The translations under genes were made by a program, and so were the position numbers. Of a stretch of 64,000 bases of DNA, positions 58,250 through 64,000 are shown one piece after another; position 1 is the first letter of the stretch; each line of letters opens with the position of its first letter. The notes under the pieces are model-generated. The model saw only the letters and a program-made list of their open reading frames with translations. It searched no databases and was not told the DNA's origin. Source of the DNA: Candidatus Eiseniibacteriota bacterium (GTDB lineage Bacteria > Eisenbacteria > RBG-16-71-46); NCBI GenBank assembly GCA_963707915.1, contig OY970178.1, positions 2,016,001 through 2,080,000 of the forward strand, written 5' to 3'.

Positions 58250-58816
58250 TCACTGGATCTCTGCGACGCTCACGTACACCGGGTGCGGGCGTTTCGGGCC
58301 GCGGCCCGGCGACGCGCTCTTCAGTCCGGCCACCAGCGCCGGCGCCTGCTCCATCCCGTGATCCTGCTGACAGCCGACGCAACCCTTCGCCGTCGAGGCC
58401 GGGGCTGCGCAGACCCGGCAGGCCTCGAGGTACGCGAGCCCGGCGGACAGCTCGCGCTCGAGCTGCTGGGAGCGCCGCACCGCCTCGCGCGTGTCCTCGA
58501 GCTTGCGCCTGAACAGCGAGCGCAGGGTGTCCATGGCCTCGGGGCCCAGTCCCGCGTCCCACCAGGCGCGGACCAGCTCGCGCATCTCCTGCAGCGAGAA
58601 GCCCATGCCGTGGAAGAGCCCGATCCAGCGCACGCGCTCGACCGCGCCCGGTTCGTAGAGGCGGAAGCCGCCGCTGGTGCGCGACGCGGGCCGCAGCAGT
58701 CCCAGCTCCTCGTACAGGTGGATGGCCCGGACGGTCTTGCCCGTCATCCGGGCCAGGTCACCGATGCGCAGGAGCCTGGGAGTCTGGCTGGGTTCCAAGG
58801 TCGAGTCGATGGTCAT
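58250..58816 (-). CDS. MerR-family transcriptional regulator with C-terminal CxxC-x9-CxxC
   Basis: [41 protein letters not shown], coiled coil, CRVC...CVGC. Exact start is uncertain. Confidence 0.88.
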   Translation of the reverse strand: MTIDSTLEPSQTPRLLRIGDLARMTGKTVRAIHLYEELGLLRPASRTSGGFRLYEPGAVERVRWIGLFHGMGFSLQEMRELVRAWWDAGLGPEAMDTLRSLFRRKLEDTREAVRRSQQLERELSAGLAYLEACRVCAAPASTAKGCVGCQQDHGMEQAPALVAGLKSASPGRGPKRPHPVYVSVAEIQ

Positions 58817-58817
58817 G

Positions 58818-58861
58818 AGCCTCACCCTTACGTTAACGTTAGATTCAACGCGCAACGTAAG
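58818..58861 (-). promoter_or_regulatory. MerR-type promoter/operator for the merR-suf operon
   Basis: Minus strand TTGAAT-N19-GAGGCT with near-perfect dyad CTTACGTT/AACGTTAG (58827-58842) in the spacer; extra half-site AACGTAAG at 58854-58861. Confidence 0.65.
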
Positions 58862-59067
58862 TGATTCGAACGGATATCGCAACCGAAAGGTGTCCTGACC
58901 GGGAGCCAGCCTAGGGCGGCCGATACGAGACCTAATCAGGTCTCAAGTATCTACCGCAACCACATCAGCCGATTCGCCGAAGGCCCTCGGGCTCAGCGCC
59001 GACCACCGGGCCGAGCAGTGGCCTCCGGGCCCTCGACGGCCCCTGGCCTCAGCGACCGGTCTGCCAG

Positions 59068-59330
59068 AGATCAGACCGGGGACATGGGTGACCCTTTGAG
59101 GGCTCAGCGCCGGTAGGGCCGCCGGCGCTCGGAAGACGGCAGGTCCACGATCGGGGCGAGCAGCCCGAAGCGCCGGTCGCGCCGCCCGACGGCGCGCGAG
59201 GTCCAGCACCCCGATCGGCATCGAGCCAAAGTGGACCCGCCAGGAATGGTTCTCGCCCTCCTCGAGCCCGACGCGCTCGCCAGCGAGACAGAGACTCACG
59301 TACCACTGAGTGGCGCCGATGTGAACTAAC
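59068..59330 (-). mobile_element. IS481-family transposase 3' remnant with terminal-repeat-like motif
   Basis: Peptide YVSLCLAGERVGLEE....WRVHFG.MPIGVLD resembles IS481 transposase C-termini, followed by GTCACCCATGTCCCCGGTCTGATCT resembling IS481 end repeats. No DDE core. Confidence 0.55.
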
Positions 59331-59379
59331 ATGGAGAAGTAGTCCATCCTGACGTCCATCGCCACTCACGGAGGGTTCT

Positions 59380-61431
59380 GTGCGCAGAGTCACTCTGATG
59401 GTTCTGGTCGCTGGGGCTGCGGCGATTCTCTGTGCGCAGGGGCCCGTCTCTGCGATTGGCGATCCCCGGGGCACCGCGAGATCCGTTCATCCTCCCGATG
59501 CGAGGGCCGAACTCGCCGCAGTGCCGAGTGCTACCGAAAGCGTGGCCGACACGCAGTGGGCGTCCAACGGACGACCGATCTGCATCGCCTCATACGATCA
59601 GGTGCTGCCGTCGGTCGCATCGGATGGCGAGGCGGGTGCATTCGTTGCCTGGACCGACTATCGACCAACCGGCCCGAGGGTGTTCATGCAACGCGTCCTA
59701 GCCGATGGTGAGATCGCCCCGGGATGGCCTGCCAATGGCCTTTCGGTTTCGCAGGCGGCGCAGTTCGTGCAGGGACCAGCTAGCGTGGCCGACGGCGATG
59801 GGGGCGCCTACGTGGTCTGGGCGAACGGCACGAATCACGTGTATTCGGTGTTCGCCCAGCATGTCGACGGATCGGGCAACGTCGCGGCCGGGTGGCCCAC
59901 GGAAGGCCTCCATGTGGCGACGGCCCCAGGCAATCAGTACAGACCCTGCGCGGCGACCGACGGCGGCGGCGGCATCTACGTCGTCTGGCAGGATGACCGC
60001 AACGGGGTGGACAACCCGGACCTGTACATCCAGCGAATCGGGATGGACGGGACGCCCGCTGCCGGCTGGGACTCCACCGGGACTCCTCTGTGCACGAGTC
60101 CTGGATTTCAGTACGGGGCGGCGCTTTGCCCCGACGGATCGGGCGGCGTGATCGTGGTCTGGGTGGACGGCTATCAAGTTTCTGCCATGCGGATGACTTC
60201 CGCCGGGGTGCCTGCGTCCGATTGGCCGGTGAACGGCGTGATCGCAAGGTCGGACACCACGTACGTGCAGAACGCTATCGTCGCCAGCGACTCGGCAGGT
60301 GGCTGCTTCGTCAGCTGGATCGACAATCGCGAGGCAGGGATCTCCGTCTTCGTCCAGCACCTTGGTTCAACGGGACAGTCCGCGGTGGGGTGGCCCAGCG
60401 GAGGCAGGCCCGTAGGTGCGACCGGAGTGATCCAGCAGTTTCATGCAATTTCGGCGGACGGCTCGGGCGGCCTTTACGTGGCCTGGTGGGAGGAGGTCGG
60501 GCTCCGTGCGACCCGGCTCACGAGTTCCGGTGAGACGTCGTTGCCGTGGCCTGCCGACGGACAGATCATCAGTGGTCCGTGGATGATCCTCGGCTACGGT
60601 GCACCGGTGCTGCTCACGGACGCCAATCTAGACCTGCACCTGGTCTGGAACGAGGAACGGTATCTGAACCCTTCGGGGCTGGATTTGTTCGCGGTCTGCC
60701 TCACGCCTGACGGTGCCTTCGCTCCTGGCTGGCCGGCTGGGCCCATGGTGTTCTGCAATGCGTCCGGGAGTCAGGGGTCACCAGCAGCGGTTCTCGACGC
60801 GACTGGCTGCACAGTCGCCTGGAAAGACCAGCGGAACGGGAACTGGGACATCTACGCGGCTCGACTCACGGGGGACGGGATCGTGCCGACGCTGCTGGCA
60901 CTCGCCGACGTCAGCGTCGAGCCGGAACGGGTCCGCTTGCGTTGGTACGCGGGGAGCGGTTCACCCGTCGCCGCAACCGTCTATCGCCGCACTCCGAGCA
61001 GCGAGTGGAGCCGCCGCGCGGAGTGCGAAGCAAATGGATCGGGGTTGTTCGTCTACGAGGACGATGACGTGCTGGCGGGTGGTCGATACGGCTACCGCCT
61101 CGGAGCCGCCAATGGGGTGGGAGACGCGCTCACCGAGGAGACCTGGGTGGACGTGCCGCAGTGGGGCGCGCTGGTGCTCGCAGGCGCATGTCCGAATCCT
61201 GTGACGGGGACACTGACGGTCGCCTTTTCCCTTCCGACCGGCGCTCCTGCGACGCTCCTGCTGCTGGATGTGAGTGGGCGACGGGTGATCGAAAGGGAAG
61301 TCGGGCATCTAGGTGCGGGGAGACACCTGCTGCCCTTGCTGGGCACGGCACAGCCTGCAAGCGGCGTGTACTGGCTTAGATTGACCCAGGGGCGCGAAAC
61401 GGCAACGACCCGCTGTGCGGTCATCCGGTAG
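59380..61431 (+). CDS. Secreted GWP-repeat (probable beta-propeller) protein with C-terminal T9SS/FlgD-like domain
   Basis: Signal peptide; about 6-7 repeats of DG.GG.YV.W.D.R...GWP..G; C-terminus CPNPV...LDVSGRR...SGVYWLRL...AVIR; lower GC3 than flanks. Confidence 0.8.
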   Translation: MRRVTLMVLVAGAAAILCAQGPVSAIGDPRGTARSVHPPDARAELAAVPSATESVADTQWASNGRPICIASYDQVLPSVASDGEAGAFVAWTDYRPTGPRVFMQRVLADGEIAPGWPANGLSVSQAAQFVQGPASVADGDGGAYVVWANGTNHVYSVFAQHVDGSGNVAAGWPTEGLHVATAPGNQYRPCAATDGGGGIYVVWQDDRNGVDNPDLYIQRIGMDGTPAAGWDSTGTPLCTSPGFQYGAALCPDGSGGVIVVWVDGYQVSAMRMTSAGVPASDWPVNGVIARSDTTYVQNAIVASDSAGGCFVSWIDNREAGISVFVQHLGSTGQSAVGWPSGGRPVGATGVIQQFHAISADGSGGLYVAWWEEVGLRATRLTSSGETSLPWPADGQIISGPWMILGYGAPVLLTDANLDLHLVWNEERYLNPSGLDLFAVCLTPDGAFAPGWPAGPMVFCNASGSQGSPAAVLDATGCTVAWKDQRNGNWDIYAARLTGDGIVPTLLALADVSVEPERVRLRWYAGSGSPVAATVYRRTPSSEWSRRAECEANGSGLFVYEDDDVLAGGRYGYRLGAANGVGDALTEETWVDVPQWGALVLAGACPNPVTGTLTVAFSLPTGAPATLLLLDVSGRRVIEREVGHLGAGRHLLPLLGTAQPASGVYWLRLTQGRETATTRCAVIR

Positions 61432-61607
61432 TGGTCAATGTTCGCCACGCCCGGAATTGGGGCTGCCAGCTGTCCTGTGTAAGCGGTCGCTTCACCGGTT
61501 CGGGACTCGCCCTTCGAATACTATCGTGAAGTGATCGGGTTCGGCGGGTCTACCCCTGGGTGCCCGGCATCAAGTCTCCGCTGAGCGCTCAGCACCGGCC
61601 GCCAGCC

Positions 61608-63074
61608 TCAGCGTCCGGTCTGCCAGTCGATGACGCGCTCGATGGCCCGCGAGCAGACGGGACAGAAGCGCGCAGGGTTGCGGGTGAACATGATGCAGTC
61701 GGTCGAGGAGCGGTAGAGCCCCTTCGCGCGGTAGCCGGCGCCCTCGAACGCGCCCACCCTGCCGCCGTACTCCTGCCCGGCCAGGAAGGGCCTGCCCCAT
61801 GCCAGCTCCTCCCCGAACAGCGAGTCCATCCTCGCCTCGGGCGCGTGGCTGGCGCGCAGTGCGCGGCGGCGCGCCTGGATGCCGGCCGAGAACTTCTCGT
61901 ACTCCTCCTTGCCCCACGGGGTGGGCACCGGGGTGTTCGCGGTGACCAGGTCCCCCCACTTGAGCGCGGCGGGGTCCAGCAGCGCGGTGATGTTCGGCTC
62001 CCACGGCTCCACGATCGGCGCGGTGGTGCCGTAGGCCACGTCGCTGGTGTAGTACTCGTCGGCCAGCGCGGCGAAGTGGTGCCCGAACTCGTGCACGAAG
62101 ACGTAGGGCGTCGAGCCGCTGCGGGTCGAGGCGGTGGCCATCAGGTTGTAGATGCCGCCGCCGCCGTACTTCTCGCCGTTGACCAGGATCTCGACGAACT
62201 CGTAGGGGGCCTGCGCCGCCGTCTCGCGCAGCACCGCGTTGTCGCAGGTCAGGACGTAGCGCTCGGAGCCGAAGATGTCGTAGGTGGCGCCCAGCGCGCC
62301 GCGGCGATAGACGCCGTCGCTCGGCCGGGACACGCCCGAGTCCTCGGCGGGCGTGTCGATGGCCCGGACGTTGAAGTCCTTCCGCCGCTCCCGGAAGGGC
62401 GGCGTGGAGAACAGCACCTCGACCAGGCGTCGCGCGTCCTCGTGGAAGGCCGGCATCTGCCCGGCGGTGTATCCGTCGCCGAGGATCAGCAGGTCGATCT
62501 TGGTCTCGGGCGGCCCGTTCTCGAAGATCGTCCAGACCTTGCCGCGGGTGCCGACCGGCTCGCGGCGGATCTCCGGCGCGGCGGGGTCCACCAGAAATGA
62601 CGATATTTCGTGAAAAGCGTTGTCCGGGGAGCGCTTCAGCAGGCAGACCTGGACCGGCCGGCGCGGGAACGGGAAGCGCACCGACTCGTGGAACGAGCGG
62701 CGCACGGAACGGGCCTCGTCGGTCGTCTCCCACTCGCCGTAGATGCTGGCGAAGCCCTGCGCGAAGAGCACCAGGTTGTCGGCCCGGTCGCGCACCTCGA
62801 CGCGGTAGGGCCCGAGGTCGAGCGGATCGACCAGGTTGACCCGGCTGCCCGGCCACGGCCCCTCGCGCCGCAGGCCGTCGAGGGCGAAGCGTTCCTCCTG
62901 CGCCGTGCCGGCGTGGTCGTAGTCGAGGCGCAGCGTCGCCCCGTCCGACCACGCGTCGAACGCGGACGTCCCCGCCGGGGCCTTCGCGGGCGCGGCGGCA
63001 GCCGGGTGCGTCATCGGGATCAGCAGCAGGACCGCCAGGGCGAGGCCGGACCCCAGGTTCGCGCTTGCCATCAC
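61608..63074 (-). CDS. Peptidase M64 (IgA peptidase-like) family metalloprotease
   Basis: Signal peptide, TLRLDY, IDLLILGDGYT, YGGGGI, VHEFGHHFAALADEY, FEGAGY, CIM...FCPVC. Confidence 0.9.
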   Translation of the reverse strand: MMASANLGSGLALAVLLLIPMTHPAAAAPAKAPAGTSAFDAWSDGATLRLDYDHAGTAQEERFALDGLRREGPWPGSRVNLVDPLDLGPYRVEVRDRADNLVLFAQGFASIYGEWETTDEARSVRRSFHESVRFPFPRRPVQVCLLKRSPDNAFHEISSFLVDPAAPEIRREPVGTRGKVWTIFENGPPETKIDLLILGDGYTAGQMPAFHEDARRLVEVLFSTPPFRERRKDFNVRAIDTPAEDSGVSRPSDGVYRRGALGATYDIFGSERYVLTCDNAVLRETAAQAPYEFVEILVNGEKYGGGGIYNLMATASTRSGSTPYVFVHEFGHHFAALADEYYTSDVAYGTTAPIVEPWEPNITALLDPAALKWGDLVTANTPVPTPWGKEEYEKFSAGIQARRRALRASHAPEARMDSLFGEELAWGRPFLAGQEYGGRVGAFEGAGYRAKGLYRSSTDCIMFTRNPARFCPVCSRAIERVIDWQTGR

Positions 63075-64000
63075 CGGCCTCCCTTCGGGGCGGCCGACCC
63101 GCCGCGCTCCAGCTTCACCCCGTGCGCTTCCAGCCCGGCGATCATCGCCCGGTACGCCCGCGGGTCGCGGGCCACCTTCTCGAGCGGCTGCACCCCCGGC
63201 GGCGGCACGATCCCGCCCGCCACCATCTGCGCCGTGACCGCGGTGGTGAACGCCGTGGTGCGCGCCATCGCGGTCAGGCCGGCGGCCGGGTCGTAGCGGT
63301 CCACCAGCGTGACGCGCTCCTCGCCGTCGGCCCAGCGCATGCGCACCAGCAGGACGACCAGGTCCAGCGGCGGCGTGAGCGTGCAGCGCGCGCGCAGTTC
63401 GTCGACCAGGCGCCCGGCCGCGACCAGCGGCTTCACCGCCTCGGCGTGGCCCGGCCAGCGCAGCGTCTTCTCCCCCATCTCGGCCACGCCCGGCAGCGTG
63501 TCCATGAGCGAGCGCAGGCCGTCGCTGTAGAACGCCTCGAGCTCGCCCACGCCGTCGACCGGCACGCGCTCCATGCCGCTGAAGACCGGCACGGCCACCT
63601 GCCGTCCGCCCTGCACGATGCGCGCGGGGCGGACGTACTCCTCCAGCAGGTCGTCCAGCGACCAGGTCACGCAGTAGCCGTAGGGTTGCGAGCGGTCCTG
63701 CGCCACGCCGCCGACCATGATGACCAGCTCCTGCGGAGCGCCGCGCCGCGCGTAGGCCTCGCCCGCGACCAGGTTCGAGATGCCCGGCGCCAGCCCCGCG
63801 TCGGGGATGATGGCCACCCCCGCCGCGCGCGCCGCGGCGTCCAGGTCGAGCGCGTCCTCGCCGCAGAAGGAGACGTCCACCAGGTTGCGCTTCGCCTCGA
63901 TCGCCGCCTTCATGGCGGCGAAGCCGTAACGCGAGGGCAGCGCCCCGACCGCGAAGTCGTGCTCCCCCATCAGGCGCACGACCGTCGCGGCGGCCGAGCA
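63071..64000 (-). CDS. Saccharopine dehydrogenase family protein (5' part outside window)
   Basis: VDVSF, DAGLAPGISN, VGG, TWS, LEAFYSDGLRSL, EKTLRWPGH, AMARTT. Confidence 0.88.
   Translation of the reverse strand, partial: CSAAATVVRLMGEHDFAVGALPSRYGFAAMKAAIEAKRNLVDVSFCGEDALDLDAAARAAGVAIIPDAGLAPGISNLVAGEAYARRGAPQELVIMVGGVAQDRSQPYGYCVTWSLDDLLEEYVRPARIVQGGRQVAVPVFSGMERVPVDGVGELEAFYSDGLRSLMDTLPGVAEMGEKTLRWPGHAEAVKPLVAAGRLVDELRARCTLTPPLDLVVLLVRMRWADGEERVTLVDRYDPAAGLTAMARTTAFTTAVTAQMVAGGIVPPPGVQPLEKVARDPRAYRAMIAGLEAHGVKLERGGSAAPKGGR

Noticed and set aside
58943..59365. 140-aa ORF as an intact gene
   Set aside because: Only the central part resembles a transposase tail; treated as an IS remnant.

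Overview
Very GC-rich bacterial DNA from a probable diderm anaerobe or facultative anaerobe. Three secreted proteins end in T9SS/FlgD-like C-terminal domains, which suggests an FCB-superphylum lineage such as Ca. Eisenbacteria (inference only). The window is dominated by ferredoxin-based energy metabolism. (1) A tightly coupled operon in which an HdrA-FlxDC-FlxB-FlxA module sits inside a four-subunit 2-oxoacid:ferredoxin oxidoreductase (korD-korA-[hdrA-flxDC-flxB-flxA]-korB-korC), ending in an HdrC/GlpC-like chimera instead of hdrBC. (2) A second, uninterrupted korDABC. (3) An apbE-rnfCDGEAB operon whose RnfA carries an extra signal peptide and Ig-like domain; it is divergent from a ferredoxin and a third, atypical oxidoreductase. 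(4) A sufCBDSU-Rieske/DUF59 operon headed by a Cys-rich MerR regulator with a MerR-type promoter; sufD and sufS each contain a +1 frameshift. Also present: lon (partial), ldh, an RND pump, a GIDE-GIDE-LemA operon, a duplicated gene with sigma28-like promoters, twin REP-like hairpins, an IS481-like remnant, an M64 peptidase and a partial saccharopine dehydrogenase. No rRNA, tRNA or CRISPR array was seen. All calls come from motif recognition by eye; no searches were run.
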